Of a DNA stretch of 64,000 bases, positions 27,899 through 38,177 are shown one piece after another (the stretch's first letter is position 1; each line of letters begins with the position of its first letter). The stretch covers positions 87,405-151,404 of the forward strand of contig JBAZZY010000001.1 in assembly GCA_041658565.1 (NCBI GenBank), written 5' to 3'. Origin of the DNA: Actinomycetota bacterium. Its GTDB lineage: Bacteria > Actinomycetota > AC-67. The translations under genes and the position numbers were made by a program. The notes beneath the pieces are model-generated. The model ran no database searches and was not told the origin of the DNA. It saw nothing but the letters and a program-made list of their open reading frames with translations.

Positions 27899-29230
27899 AT
27901 GAACGGCTTTGCAGTGACTCCGTGCAAGCGTGTCGACGGAGACGTCGTTGTCCCCGGGGACAAGTCAATCTCGCACCGTGCACTGTTAGTGGCGGCCATG
28001 GGTGAGGGGCGAATGGCGATCCGAGGGATTTCGCCGGCTGGCGATGTCGCGTCTTCTCTTGCCGCCGTCCGGCAACTCGGTGTCGCATTCAACAACCCTA
28101 CACCTCAACTAGACCCTCTGTGTCAGGGTGCTGGGTCTCAACCTTACCAAATCCTGGCAGATTCGCCTGGTCTGAGTGGCCTTGACGCTGGAGATCTTCC
28201 GATTGACGTGGGCAATTCGGGCACGACGATTCGCCTGCTGCTTGGGATTCTCGCCGGGTCGCGGACCTCGTCCGTACTCCTGGGTGATGCGTCGATCCTG
28301 ACGCGACCGATGCTGCGAGTGGTCGCTCCTTTACGTGAGATGGGCGCCAATATCGAGGGAGAGGACGGCGGTCGTTATGCGCCGTTGCGAGTCCGTGGGA
28401 CGAGCCTGCGTGGGATGGCACACCGTCTTCCGGTCCCAAGTGCGCAGGTGAAGTCCTGCCTCTTGTTGGCCGGCATTGGAGCATCGGGACAGACGTCGGT
28501 GTGGGAACCTGCGCGCTCCAGGGACCACACCGAGCGCATGTTGCGCTACTTGGGAGTTCCTGTCGTCGAGTCGCTAAATGGTTTAGTAGTTAAGTCGACA
28601 AGGGTCTTTAACGGCAGCCTGGAGGTCCCCGGGGATCTTTCCTCTGCAGCATTTCTGCTGGTGGCAGCCGCAATCTTGCCGGGTTCGTCTATCCGTGTTC
28701 GCGATGTCGGGGTCAACCCGACGCGGACCGGCATCCTGGAGGTGCTGAGGGCGTTCGGCGCTGGAGTGGACGTATCAAACGTCCGCGACGTTTGCGGGGA
28801 GCCGGTGGGTGACGTGACTGTGACCCATTCGAGCCGCCGCGCGGTGCAGGTTGCAGGGCCGCTGGTGGTCGAAACGATTGACGAGTTGCCTCTCGTAGCC
28901 GTTCTCGGGGCGATGGCAGACGACGGGGTCACCGTCGTCCGGGATGCTGCCGAGTTGCGGGTCAAGGAAAGCGATCGCATTGAGGCTGTCGTCGAGAACC
29001 TCCGAAGGATGGGCGTCGACTGCGAGGCATCCTCCGACGGGTTCTCAGTGCGGGGGGGAACGGTGCCGCGCGGGGCCGCGGTCAATCCGCGAGGGGACCA
29101 TCGGATCGCCATGGCCATGGCCGTTCTGGGCCTCGCGGCAGCGGGGACTACGCTCGTCCATGACTGGGGTTGCGTTGCGGTTTCATACCCCGGATTCGAG
29201 CACGCGCTGGACCGGGTAGCGGTGCGTTGA
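27899..29230 (+). CDS. aroA: 3-phosphoshikimate 1-carboxyvinyltransferase (EPSP synthase)
   Basis: PGDKSISHRALLVAAMGEG, LGNSGTTIRLL and RPM..V...L motifs. Confidence 0.92.
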   Translation: MNGFAVTPCKRVDGDVVVPGDKSISHRALLVAAMGEGRMAIRGISPAGDVASSLAAVRQLGVAFNNPTPQLDPLCQGAGSQPYQILADSPGLSGLDAGDLPIDVGNSGTTIRLLLGILAGSRTSSVLLGDASILTRPMLRVVAPLREMGANIEGEDGGRYAPLRVRGTSLRGMAHRLPVPSAQVKSCLLLAGIGASGQTSVWEPARSRDHTERMLRYLGVPVVESLNGLVVKSTRVFNGSLEVPGDLSSAAFLLVAAAILPGSSIRVRDVGVNPTRTGILEVLRAFGAGVDVSNVRDVCGEPVGDVTVTHSSRRAVQVAGPLVVETIDELPLVAVLGAMADDGVTVVRDAAELRVKESDRIEAVVENLRRMGVDCEASSDGFSVRGGTVPRGAAVNPRGDHRIAMAMAVLGLAAAGTTLVHDWGCVAVSYPGFEHALDRVAVR

Positions 29231-29291
29231 TAGAGCCCTCTTGGTTCGCCGAATCGTCCTGCGGCCTGTGCCGTCGTACCCTGTGCTCCCC

Positions 29292-30047
29292 ATGACTGCG
29301 GACTCCAGCCCACTTGGCGCCGCGCGCGCCCGCCGCGCGCCGGTCAAGCGCGCCCTAGTGATCGCTATTGACGGTCCGGCCGGTGCAGGCAAGAGCACCG
29401 TCGCTCGCGGCACGGCCCGCGCCCTTCGCCTCGCGCATCTGGACACTGGGGCGATGTACCGCGCCCTGACTGCAAAGGCGCTGGAAGCCGGCATCGACCC
29501 ATCCGACGGACCGGCTCTCGCCCGGCTGGCTCGACAGATGCACGTTGAGTTCAGTCCGGAAGGACTGATCGTGGATGACCGCCCGGCGGGCAGAGAGATC
29601 CGAACGCGTCGGGTGAGCAGCACGGTGTCTGCCGTTAGCGCGCACCGCGGGGTCCGGCGCGAACTCGTGCGGATGCAGCGTGCGATCCTGAGCGAGGGCA
29701 ACATCGTCGCCGAGGGGCGAGACATCGGCACCGTCGTGTTTCCTCGTGCTCCCGTCAAAGTGTTCCTGACCGCATCGATCGACGAACGTGCGCGACGCAG
29801 GCGTCGAGAGATGGTCGCGGCCGGCGATGACGTCTCGTTCGAAACCCTGAAGCGGGAGATCGCCCGGCGGGACGCGCTGGATTCGGGCCGCGCGCTCTCG
29901 CCGCTTGCACCTGCGGCCGATGCCATCATCGTGGATTCGACGGAGAAGACCCCTCGCCAAGTGATCGCTGAGATTGTGCGCCTAGTTAAGGCGTGGTCGA
30001 ACTTGCGCGAGCCCCGGCGCGCGCCTGCGACGAAGGGATCGCGATGA
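29292..30047 (+). CDS. cmk: Cytidylate kinase
   Basis: IAIDGPAGAGKSTVAR P-loop; LDTGAMYR. Confidence 0.9.
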   Translation: MTADSSPLGAARARRAPVKRALVIAIDGPAGAGKSTVARGTARALRLAHLDTGAMYRALTAKALEAGIDPSDGPALARLARQMHVEFSPEGLIVDDRPAGREIRTRRVSSTVSAVSAHRGVRRELVRMQRAILSEGNIVAEGRDIGTVVFPRAPVKVFLTASIDERARRRRREMVAAGDDVSFETLKREIARRDALDSGRALSPLAPAADAIIVDSTEKTPRQVIAEIVRLVKAWSNLREPRRAPATKGSR

Positions 30048-31363
30048 GTCGCCTTCCAGTCGTCGCGGTCGTCGGGCGCGCCAACGTCGGCAAGTCCACG
30101 CTGATCAACAGGATCCTGGGGCGACGGGAAGCTATCGAGCACCCGGAGCCGGGAGTTACGCGCGACCGCCGAGGATACGCGGCCAACTGGGCCGGCGCTG
30201 AATTCACCCTCATCGATACCGGTGGATGGGAGCCGCGAGCTCGCGGCCTGACGGCCAAGGTGCGCGCGCAGGCCGAGCGGGCGGCTCGTGAAGCCGACCT
30301 GATCCTGGTTGTAGTCGACGCTCGAACCGGGATCACCGAGGACGACCTGGCGGTAGCTCGCGGTCTTCGAGGAACGATGACTCCGATCATCGTGGTTGCC
30401 AACAAGGTCGACACGCGAGAGATCGAGGATGAGGTTCCCGGGTTCGACCGCCTTGCGCTCGGTCCGGCATTCCCCGTCAGCGCCCTTCACGGCCGCGGCT
30501 CGGGCGACTTGCTCGATGTCGTTGTGGAGCGGATCTCAGAGGTCGACTCCACGGCACCGGATTCCGAGGGGGACGCTCTCGCGGTTGCCCTCGTAGGTAG
30601 GCCGAACGTAGGGAAGTCCTCGCTGTTCAACCAACTTGTCGGAGACGAGAGGTCGATCGTCCACGATCTACCCGGTACGACGCGAGACGCGGTAGACACC
30701 GTGGCCGAGATCGGGGGGAAGCGTTACCGCTTCATCGACACGGCAGGCATGCGCCGCCGAGTAAAGGACGCGAAGGGTCCCGAGTACTACGGACTGGTCC
30801 GGAGCTTGCGAGCGATCGACGAGGCCGACATCGCCATCCAAGTGGTCGACGTGGACGAGGGAGTGACCGAGCAAGACCAAAAGATTGCCAATGTGATCTC
30901 AGAGGCCGGCTGTGGAGCGGTCGTGGTTCTAAACAAGTGGGATCACGTCGCCGGCGAGGATGCCGACAGCGTTGCGGACGACGTTCGCGACGCCCTCAGG
31001 TTCTTGTCGTGGGCTCCGATCGTGCGAACATCGGCGCTGACCGGCCGCGGGATCGCCAAGATCGCGCCGGCGGTTGAAATCGTGCGAGCCTCTTGGGAGC
31101 AGCGCGTCGCAACGGCAGAACTGAACGCGTGGCTGCGCGAGGGGATCGAGGGATTGGCGCTCGGTACGACCGAACGTGGCAGGCCGGTTCGGATTCGTTA
31201 CATCACTCAGGCGCGCACCCGGCCCCCGCAGTTCGTCATATTCGCCAGCGGCAGGCTGACTGCCGGTGCGACACGTGCGGTCGAGCGCCGGCTGCGTGGT
31301 CGTTTCGGCTTCGAAGGGACTCCGATCCGCATTGCAACGCGGACACCGCAGCCGCGGCTGTAG
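30044..31363 (+). CDS. der: Ribosome biogenesis GTPase Der (EngA), tandem GTPase domains + KH-like
   Basis: Two G domains (VVGRANVGKSTL; LVGRPNVGKSSL), DTGG/DTAG, NKVD/NKWD. ATG overlaps the cmk stop (ATGA). Confidence 0.93.
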   Translation: MSRLPVVAVVGRANVGKSTLINRILGRREAIEHPEPGVTRDRRGYAANWAGAEFTLIDTGGWEPRARGLTAKVRAQAERAAREADLILVVVDARTGITEDDLAVARGLRGTMTPIIVVANKVDTREIEDEVPGFDRLALGPAFPVSALHGRGSGDLLDVVVERISEVDSTAPDSEGDALAVALVGRPNVGKSSLFNQLVGDERSIVHDLPGTTRDAVDTVAEIGGKRYRFIDTAGMRRRVKDAKGPEYYGLVRSLRAIDEADIAIQVVDVDEGVTEQDQKIANVISEAGCGAVVVLNKWDHVAGEDADSVADDVRDALRFLSWAPIVRTSALTGRGIAKIAPAVEIVRASWEQRVATAELNAWLREGIEGLALGTTERGRPVRIRYITQARTRPPQFVIFASGRLTAGATRAVERRLRGRFGFEGTPIRIATRTPQPRL

Positions 31364-31410
31364 TCGGCGGCGCGCGAGGCGCTGCGCTCGGGCGTTATAC
31401 TCACCGACAA

Positions 31411-31488
31411 CGGGACGTGGCGCAGTTTGGTTAGCGCACCAGGCTGGGGGTCTGGGGGTCGTCGGTTCGAATCCGACCGTCCCGACCA
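31411..31488 (+). tRNA. tRNA-Pro (anticodon GGG)
   Basis: Cloverleaf folded by hand: acceptor CGGGACG/CGTCCCG, D-arm GCGC-AGTTTGGTTA-GCGC, anticodon stem CCAGG/TCTGG with loop CTGGGGG (anticodon GGG), T-arm GTCGG-TTCGAAT-CCGAC, discriminator A plus encoded CCA. Confidence 0.8.
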
Positions 31489-31540
31489 TCGCTGACGAGT
31501 CCGGCATGGCCGGGCGGTCCGCGACTGACGGAGGCTAAGC

Positions 31541-32143
31541 ATGACTGCAGCACCATCGACGCCCGAACCCTCCGATGCGATCCTCACTGTTCCGAACCTA
31601 CTGACATTCGCTCGCCTTGCGCTCGTACCGGCTTTCGTGTGGCTGGCGCTCGGCCCGAGGCGCATGGATCTCGCATTCACCCTAGCTGCCGTCGGTATGG
31701 CGACCGATCTCGTCGACGGGAAGATAGCTCGCCGGTTCGGACAGGTATCGAAGCTCGGCGTGCGCCTCGATCCGCTCTCGGACCGACTGGCGCTTGCGGC
31801 CGGCGCGGTGGTGCTCATCGCGCACCACCTGGCTCCGGTCTGGGTGGTGGCGGCCGTCGTTGTTCGCGACGCGGCGCTGCTGTTCGTAGGCGTGACGTTG
31901 ATCAAGACGGCCGGAGCCGAGATCCCGCCGGTGTCGCGACTGGGCAAGCGCGGCTCGTTCGCGGTTTCCGCTGGTTTCGCGTTGTTTCTCGCCTCGGGCA
32001 TCTCGAGCATCGCGGATCCGTCGATTGCTCTGCGAAGCGCGGCCTGGGTGTTCATGGCCCCCGGCCTTTTGATGTACTACCTAGCGGCAGTCGGGTATGT
32101 GCGCGCTGGCCGGCGCGCGATTGCCGAGAGTACCGGTCGCTGA
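31541..32143 (+). CDS. pgsA: CDP-alcohol phosphatidyltransferase (CDP-diacylglycerol–glycerol-3-phosphate 3-phosphatidyltransferase-like)
   Basis: PNLLTFARL...[28 protein letters not shown] (D-G-x2-A-R...G-x3-D-x3-D motif); multi-TM. Confidence 0.85.
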   Translation: MTAAPSTPEPSDAILTVPNLLTFARLALVPAFVWLALGPRRMDLAFTLAAVGMATDLVDGKIARRFGQVSKLGVRLDPLSDRLALAAGAVVLIAHHLAPVWVVAAVVVRDAALLFVGVTLIKTAGAEIPPVSRLGKRGSFAVSAGFALFLASGISSIADPSIALRSAAWVFMAPGLLMYYLAAVGYVRAGRRAIAESTGR

Positions 32144-32192
32144 GGTCGCGGTCGATAGACTACGCGTCTGCCGTTCGAGATCGGATCAAAAT

Positions 32193-34685
32193 ATGAAAGC
32201 AGTGATCATGGCGGGTGGCGCCGGAAGTCGTCTGCGCCCACTCACGAGCAACCAGCCAAAGCCGATGGTGCCGTTGGCCAACCGGCCGCTCATGGAGCAC
32301 ATCGTTCTTCTGTGCAAGCGACACGGGTTCACCGACATCGTCGTTACTCTTCAGTTCCTGGCCAGCCTCATCCGCAACTACTTCGGAACCGGTGAGGACC
32401 TCGGCGTGCAATTGTCTTACGCGACTGAGGAGTCGCCCCTGGGGACCGCGGGAAGCGTGAAGAATGCTCAGGGCGCGCTCGACGAGACGTTTCTTGTCGT
32501 CTCGGGTGATGCGCTGACCGACATCGATCTCGAGAAGGTTGTCGCGTTCCACCAGGAACGGCGCGCGCTCGTCACCGTCGTGCTCTCGAGGCAGGCGAAC
32601 CCACTGGAGTACGGCATCGTCGTCACCGACGAGCACGGTCGTGTGGAGCGCTTCCTTGAGAAGCCGGGTTGGGGAGAAGTCTTCACGGACACTGTGAACA
32701 CCGGCATCTACGTCATCGAGCCGGAGGTCTTCGCCGACATCCCCGACGGGGTTTCCTATGACTTCTCCAAGGACTTGTTTCCGAAACTCCTCGAGCGCGG
32801 GGCGCCGATCTACGGATACGTGGCCGATGGGTACTGGACCGACGTCGGCAACGTCGAGGCCTACCGTAAGGCTCAGCAGGACGCGCTCGAGGGACGTGTG
32901 CACGTTGAGATCCCCGGGTTCGAGATCGCAGACCGCGTCTGGGTGGGCGAGGGGGCCATCATCGACCCGGCCGCTAGGATCGACGGTCCGGCGTTGATTG
33001 GAGAGCACGCCAAGGTCGAGGCCGGCGCGACGGTACGCGAGTACTCGGTTATCGGAAACAACGCTTCGGTTACTGCCGGAGCCTTCTTGCACAGAGCCAT
33101 TGTGTACGACAACGCCTACATCGGACCGGGCGCCACGCTGCGCGGCTGCATCATCGGGCGCAACGCCGACGTACGAGCGAACGCGCGGATCGAGGAAGGG
33201 GTCGTCGTCGGGGACGACTCCGTTATCGGCAAAGGCGCGGTGCTCCAACCTAACGTGAAGGTGTACCCGTACAAGCGTGTTGACGCAGGGGCCGTCATTA
33301 CCCACTCGATCATCTGGGAATCGCGCGGCGCCCGCAGCCTGTTCGGCAATTACGGGGTTTCGGGTCTGATCAACGTGGACATTACGCCGGACTTCGCCGT
33401 CCGACTTGGGATGGCTTACGCGACGACGCTGAAGCGCGGGGCAAGCGTCGTGATGAGCCGCGACGCCTCGCGCGCGGCGCGCACGATCAAACGCGCTCTG
33501 ATCGCCGGATTGAACGGATCCGGTGTGCACGTCCAAGACCTCGAGGTCGCTCCCGTTCCGGTGTCGCGCTTCTTGGTCCGCTCGTCGCGCGCGCGCGGAG
33601 GTCTCGCGATCGGCAACGTCCCGGGCGATCCGCAGTCTTTGGAGATCCGCTTCATCGGATCCGACGGTGCTGATATCGGAGAGCCGGCGCAGCGCGACAT
33701 TGAACGCGTGTTCTTCCGCGAAGACGTTCGACGGGCATTCCCGGACGAAATCGGGGAGTTGCGATACCCGCCGCGCGCCCTCGAGTTGTACCAAGAGAGG
33801 CTCTTGGGAGCACTCGATTTGGATGCCATCAAAGCCGGCGGGATAAAAAGCGTCGTCGACTGCGGATTCGGCCCGACTGCCATCGTTTTGCCGGGGCTGC
33901 TGGGTCGCCTCGGATCCGAGACTCTCATCGTGAACGGGTATGTGGACGAGGCCCGATCCACCATATTGCGAGCCGACCGCGAGAAGCTCCTCGCCAACCT
34001 GTCGGCTTTGGTGCGGACATCACGCGCGGACATCGGCGCGTTGCTGGAGACCACGGGGGAGTCACTGGATTTCGTTGCGGCCGGCGGTCGAGTCGTGTCG
34101 CGCCGGACGGCGATGCTGCTCCTGGTGGACCTTGCGAGCGAGGTCTTCCCGGAGCGGCCGATTGTCGTACCCGTGAGCGCGCCATCCGCCGTAGAGAAGA
34201 TCGTCGAAGCTCGCGGGGGGTCGGTTCTGCGGTCGCGGCGCTCACCGGCGGCCATGCTTCGCGCCGCAGTCGACAGCGGCGCAGTGCTGGGAGCTACCGA
34301 GCACGGCGCGTACGTCTTCCCGGATGCCGCGGCAGCCTTCGATGCGATCGCATCCTTCTGCGTGCTGCACGAGCTTCTCGCCAAGACCGAGACCAATGTC
34401 GTGCAGAGACTCGCGGCGCTCCCGACTGGGCACGTCGTACACCGCGCCCTCCCGACGGCGTGGGATCGGAAGGGGACGGTCATGCGCCAGGTTGCGACGG
34501 AACACCGGGCGGACCGTACCGATGAGACCGAGGGGTTGAAGCTCTACCACGGTAGCGCGTGGGCGCTGGTGATTCCCGATCCGGAGGACCCAGTGACTCA
34601 CGTTTGGGCAGAGGGGACCGATGAGGAGGCGTCCGAGATTCTTGTCGACCGTTACGCTGCCCTGATCGAGGAAGCTCTGGATTGA
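32193..34685 (+). CDS. Bifunctional sugar-1-phosphate nucleotidyltransferase (GDP-mannose pyrophosphorylase-like, with LβH domain) / phosphohexomutase (PMM/PGM-like) fusion
   Basis: N-terminal [32 protein letters not shown] plus hexapeptide-repeat region. From ~aa 400, a phosphohexomutase α/β/α domain ([20 protein letters not shown]... through C-terminus). 830 aa. Confidence 0.8.
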   Translation: MKAVIMAGGAGSRLRPLTSNQPKPMVPLANRPLMEHIVLLCKRHGFTDIVVTLQFLASLIRNYFGTGEDLGVQLSYATEESPLGTAGSVKNAQGALDETFLVVSGDALTDIDLEKVVAFHQERRALVTVVLSRQANPLEYGIVVTDEHGRVERFLEKPGWGEVFTDTVNTGIYVIEPEVFADIPDGVSYDFSKDLFPKLLERGAPIYGYVADGYWTDVGNVEAYRKAQQDALEGRVHVEIPGFEIADRVWVGEGAIIDPAARIDGPALIGEHAKVEAGATVREYSVIGNNASVTAGAFLHRAIVYDNAYIGPGATLRGCIIGRNADVRANARIEEGVVVGDDSVIGKGAVLQPNVKVYPYKRVDAGAVITHSIIWESRGARSLFGNYGVSGLINVDITPDFAVRLGMAYATTLKRGASVVMSRDASRAARTIKRALIAGLNGSGVHVQDLEVAPVPVSRFLVRSSRARGGLAIGNVPGDPQSLEIRFIGSDGADIGEPAQRDIERVFFREDVRRAFPDEIGELRYPPRALELYQERLLGALDLDAIKAGGIKSVVDCGFGPTAIVLPGLLGRLGSETLIVNGYVDEARSTILRADREKLLANLSALVRTSRADIGALLETTGESLDFVAAGGRVVSRRTAMLLLVDLASEVFPERPIVVPVSAPSAVEKIVEARGGSVLRSRRSPAAMLRAAVDSGAVLGATEHGAYVFPDAAAAFDAIASFCVLHELLAKTETNVVQRLAALPTGHVVHRALPTAWDRKGTVMRQVATEHRADRTDETEGLKLYHGSAWALVIPDPEDPVTHVWAEGTDEEASEILVDRYAALIEEALD

Positions 34686-35395
34686 GAACCCGATCGATCC
34701 TGCACTCGGTCGGGCCGGCTGTGCTCGTCGGGGGTTTAGCCTTCGCGTTGACGGTTCAGTGGCGCGCGCAGAGTGCCGCAACGATGGCACTTGAAGGGCG
34801 CCGAGCAGGGCTCGTGAGGATTCTCGAGTCGCGACAACATCGCGCGGTCGAGCTCGAGGCTAGGATCGCCGCGTTGCAGACGGAGATAGACCGAGCGGCC
34901 GATGCCGCCGGGCTGCGGGGCCTGGCTCCGCTTCAGGATCGCGTGCGACGCCTGGCGGAACTGGCAGGGACGACGGAGGCGAGCGGCCCCGGCATCGTGG
35001 TGACTGTGGCGGACGCCGCCCCGCAAGACGCCACCGCCGTCCCGTCGGACTCGCGCATCCAAGACGTCGACATCCAGGCCGTTGCTAACGCGCTATGGCT
35101 CGTCGGCGCTGAAGCGATCGCGGTAAACGGCCAGCGACTTGTTGCGACCAGTGCTATCCGCAACGCCGGGGACGCCGTTCTCGTGAACTACCGAGTGCTG
35201 TCCTCGCCGTATCGCGTTACTGCAATCGGGCCGGCGGCTATGCGGAAACGTTTCGAGGCTTCCGCGACGGCAGAGCGTTTCCGAGGTTGGGCGGAGATCT
35301 ACGGCCTCGGCTTCGAAGTCCAGGGGCACAACCGGATCGACGTGCCCGCCTACGGGGGACCCGTCCGGGCTCGATACGCAAAGCAGTTGGACTGA
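34682..35395 (+). CDS. DUF881 family protein (Rv1823-like)
   Basis: N-terminal TM, coiled-coil, C-terminal ...[14 protein letters not shown]...YRVTAIG; synteny with sbp/gcvH/garA. Confidence 0.75.
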   Translation: MRTRSILHSVGPAVLVGGLAFALTVQWRAQSAATMALEGRRAGLVRILESRQHRAVELEARIAALQTEIDRAADAAGLRGLAPLQDRVRRLAELAGTTEASGPGIVVTVADAAPQDATAVPSDSRIQDVDIQAVANALWLVGAEAIAVNGQRLVATSAIRNAGDAVLVNYRVLSSPYRVTAIGPAAMRKRFEASATAERFRGWAEIYGLGFEVQGHNRIDVPAYGGPVRARYAKQLD

Positions 35396-35408
35396 CACGG
35401 GAGGGGAC

Positions 35409-35738
35409 ATGCTTGTGATCGTCTCGCTGTTGGTAGGGATCGGACTCGGTTTGGTGGTGCATCCCGACGTGCCGGCTGAGGTCGCCCCCTATCTGCCGAT
35501 GGCGGTCATGGCCGCTTTGGACAGCGTTTTTGGAGGGCTAAGAGCCCGATTCGAAGGCACATTCAACGATCGAGTGTTCGTGGTGTCCTTCCTGTCGAAT
35601 GCGATTCTGGCCGCGCTGCTGGTATGGGCCGGAAATCGGTTGGGCGTCCAAGACATGTCGATCGCGGTGGTGGTCGTGTTCGGGGTTAGGATCTTTCAGA
35701 ACCTCGCGGCGCTGCGCCGCATCCTCTTCCACGCATGA
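35409..35738 (+). CDS. sbp: Small basic membrane protein Sbp (DUF1290, Rv1824-like)
   Basis: 109 aa, 3 TM helices, sandwiched between two DUF881 genes as in mycobacteria. Confidence 0.75.
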   Translation: MLVIVSLLVGIGLGLVVHPDVPAEVAPYLPMAVMAALDSVFGGLRARFEGTFNDRVFVVSFLSNAILAALLVWAGNRLGVQDMSIAVVVVFGVRIFQNLAALRRILFHA

Positions 35739-36475
35739 GCAAGCTTGGGTCGGGTCGCCAGCCGGGGCAACCGTCCGCCGGCGGGGCGACTGCATCGCGC
35801 GGGCACGTTGTCATCGCCATCACCGTGGCTATCCTTGGCTTCTTACTGGCTACACAGCTTCGCGCGCAGCAGGACCTTCCAGAGAGGCTCAAGATCGAGC
35901 GGGAATCCGACCTCGGGCAGATCCTGGCCCAGCTAACGACTCGCAACGATTTGCTTGAGGAGGAGATTCTGAACCTGCGTGTTCGTCTCGCGGACGTGTC
36001 GGGTTCGGCGGAGCAGCGCAGGGCGCTCCTCGACGAGGCGACGGCTCGCATGAACGCCCTACGCGTGATGCTGGGAATCGCTGCAGTCAAGGGGCCGGGA
36101 ATCGTGATGACGGTCGAGGATCCGCAGGGCACGGTCGGCCCGGAGGTCCTGTTGGATGCAGTGCAGGAGTTGCGCGACGCAGGTGCGGAAGCCATCGAGG
36201 TGGGAATGGTGCGAGTTGTGGCAGCGACATCCTTCGCCGGGAATCCGGGCGAAATCACCGTCGGGAGCAGATCGCTCACGCCGCCCTACGTTGTGCGTGC
36301 GGTAGGAGCCTCCGCCACCCTGGCGGAGGCGATGCGGATTCCGGGGGGATTCCAGGACTCCCTGACCGCGCGAGCCGGGGCCTCTGTTCGCATCCTGCGA
36401 TCGAGTTCTGTCAGTATCCTTTCGACCAGCACTACCCCAGCATTCACATATGCGCAGCCACGCGCCCGGAGGTGA
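35735..36475 (+). CDS. DUF881 family protein (Rv1825-like)
   Basis: Same architecture as the 34682 gene; ATG overlaps the sbp stop (ATGA). Confidence 0.75.
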   Translation: MSKLGSGRQPGQPSAGGATASRGHVVIAITVAILGFLLATQLRAQQDLPERLKIERESDLGQILAQLTTRNDLLEEEILNLRVRLADVSGSAEQRRALLDEATARMNALRVMLGIAAVKGPGIVMTVEDPQGTVGPEVLLDAVQELRDAGAEAIEVGMVRVVAATSFAGNPGEITVGSRSLTPPYVVRAVGASATLAEAMRIPGGFQDSLTARAGASVRILRSSSVSILSTSTTPAFTYAQPRARR

Positions 36476-36477
36476 GG

Positions 36478-36867
36478 ATGTACCCCGAAGATCTTAGATA
36501 CACGAGAGAACACGAATGGGCGCGTCGAGACGGCGACTCCGTGCGGGTGGGGATTACCCACTTCGCTCAGGATTCCCTCGGCGACATCGTCTACGTCGAT
36601 ATCCCGGGGCCGGGGACGTCGGTGGGCGCCGGTCAGCCGTTCGGCGAGGTCGAGTCAACCAAGTCGGTCTCGGATCTGTTCTCGCCGGTGACCGGCACCG
36701 TCGCGGAGCGAAACACCGACCTGGAGGACGCGCCGGAACTTGTCAACCAAGATCCCTACGGCAGGGGCTGGATTGTGACGATCGAGCTGGCCGACCCCAG
36801 CGAGTTGGAGAATCTACTGACGGCGTCTGACTATCAAGCCTTCGTGGAGGCTCAGAGCGCCGAATAG
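36478..36867 (+). CDS. gcvH: Glycine cleavage system H protein
   Basis: MYPEDLRYTREHEW N-terminus and lipoyl-lysine motif VESTKSVSDLFSP. Confidence 0.92.
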   Translation: MYPEDLRYTREHEWARRDGDSVRVGITHFAQDSLGDIVYVDIPGPGTSVGAGQPFGEVESTKSVSDLFSPVTGTVAERNTDLEDAPELVNQDPYGRGWIVTIELADPSELENLLTASDYQAFVEAQSAE

Positions 36868-36966
36868 CCGAATCCGCAGGCAGACGGGCCTAGAGCGATC
36901 CGTGGGGTTGGTTCAGATCCCTCATCCTGTGGTATAAGCTCATACTGCCGGCGCAGGGGGTCCTAT

Positions 36967-37413
36967 ATGTACTGCACGAGATGCGGTCACAGAAATCCAG
37001 ATGAAGCCGGGTTTTGCGGTGCGTGCGGTGAGGCGCAGCAACGACCCGAAGAGCAGACTCTCGCGATTTCCCTTGACGCAGTGCAGGAAGAGGCACCTCC
37101 ATCGCTCGACGAACTCGGTCCCGGTCAGGCTTTACTCGTCATCCGAACGGGGCCGACCGCGGGAAGCACGGTACTCCTGGACAAGGACGTGACAAGAGCC
37201 GGTCGCGCGCCGGAGTGCGACGTCTTCCTCAACGACATCACCGTCTCCCGCCAACACGCCGAGTTTCTCCGCGAAGGCGACACCTTCACGCTTAAAGACG
37301 CAGGGAGCCTGAACGGAACCTACGTCAATCGGGAGCGGGTCGACGTCGCCCAGCTAGCGAGCGGGGACGAATTGCAGATCGGCAAGTTCAAACTCGTTTT
37401 CTTCGGAGCTTAA
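36967..37413 (+). CDS. FHA-domain protein with N-terminal zinc ribbon (occupies the GarA/OdhI position)
   Basis: CTRCGH...CGACG zinc ribbon, then FHA core (VTRAGRAPECDVFLNDITVSRQHAEF...GSLNGTYVNRERV). Confidence 0.8.
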   Translation: MYCTRCGHRNPDEAGFCGACGEAQQRPEEQTLAISLDAVQEEAPPSLDELGPGQALLVIRTGPTAGSTVLLDKDVTRAGRAPECDVFLNDITVSRQHAEFLREGDTFTLKDAGSLNGTYVNRERVDVAQLASGDELQIGKFKLVFFGA

Positions 37414-38177
37414 TGACGTCTTCCAGTCGCGCGCACGTCAGCATCGGGGAGGTCTTGGCTGCCCTGAAGTCCGACTTCCCCGACGTCAGCGTCTCGAAGA
37501 TCCGATTCTTGGAGGGGGAGGGGCTGGTTCGGCCCGAGCGAACGCCGTCGGGGTACCGCAAGTTCGGGCCCGCGGATGTCGAGCGCTTGCGCATCATCTT
37601 GACGATGCAGCGCGACTCCTTCCTTCCCCTCAAAGTGATCCGCGAAAGGCTCGCCGCCCTCGACGCCGGCCTGATGCCGCCTGAAGATGGCTCCGCCGTG
37701 GCCTCAGTGCGGCGTGAGTCGGCGTACGTGCCCGACGACTCCAATCGCCCGCCGCCCGCCGAGGCTGTGGATCTGTTGCGTCCGCCGCCCGCAGTCCACC
37801 TCACTCAGAGCGACCTGGCGACCGCCAGCGGACTCGACGTGAAGGACGTACAGTCGCTGCGAGAGTTCGGCGTGCTTTGCGAACACCAGGCGAACGGTGC
37901 GACCTATTTCGACGGTGACGATTTGGAGGTTGCTCGCATCGCGCGGGACTTCCTGCGACTGGGCCTGGAGGCTCGGCATTTGCGAACCCTTCGCCGCTTT
38001 GCCGAGCAGGAGGCGAACCTGTTCGAACAACTCGTGGTTCCGGCACTGCGGAACCGTCGCCCTGAGGCTCGAGATCAGGCGCGCGGACGCCTGGTTGAGC
38101 TGACGAAACTCTCGCGATCGTTGCATCAGGCGTACGTGAGCCAGAGTTTGCGTCCGACCCTGGATGAGGAAGCCTGA
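37413..38177 (+). CDS. MerR-family transcriptional regulator (Rv1828-like)
   Basis: N-terminal HTH IGEVLAAL...DVSVSKIRFLEGEGLVRPERTPSGYRKF; conserved partner of the garA-like gene. Confidence 0.8.
   Translation: MTSSSRAHVSIGEVLAALKSDFPDVSVSKIRFLEGEGLVRPERTPSGYRKFGPADVERLRIILTMQRDSFLPLKVIRERLAALDAGLMPPEDGSAVASVRRESAYVPDDSNRPPPAEAVDLLRPPPAVHLTQSDLATASGLDVKDVQSLREFGVLCEHQANGATYFDGDDLEVARIARDFLRLGLEARHLRTLRRFAEQEANLFEQLVVPALRNRRPEARDQARGRLVELTKLSRSLHQAYVSQSLRPTLDEEA

Noticed and set aside
29183-30490. 435-aa minus-strand ORF across aroA/cmk/der
   Set aside because: Antisense to translationally coupled housekeeping genes.
31363-31560. tRNA-Pro as a possible integration site for a genomic island
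   Set aside because: Both flanks are housekeeping genes (der; pgsA) in conserved order; no integrase, direct repeat of the tRNA 3' end, or GC shift was seen.
32160-34483. Minus-strand ORFs 32160–33794 (544 aa) and 33416–34483 (355 aa)
   Set aside because: Antisense to the nucleotidyltransferase/phosphohexomutase fusion gene, which has clear domain motifs.
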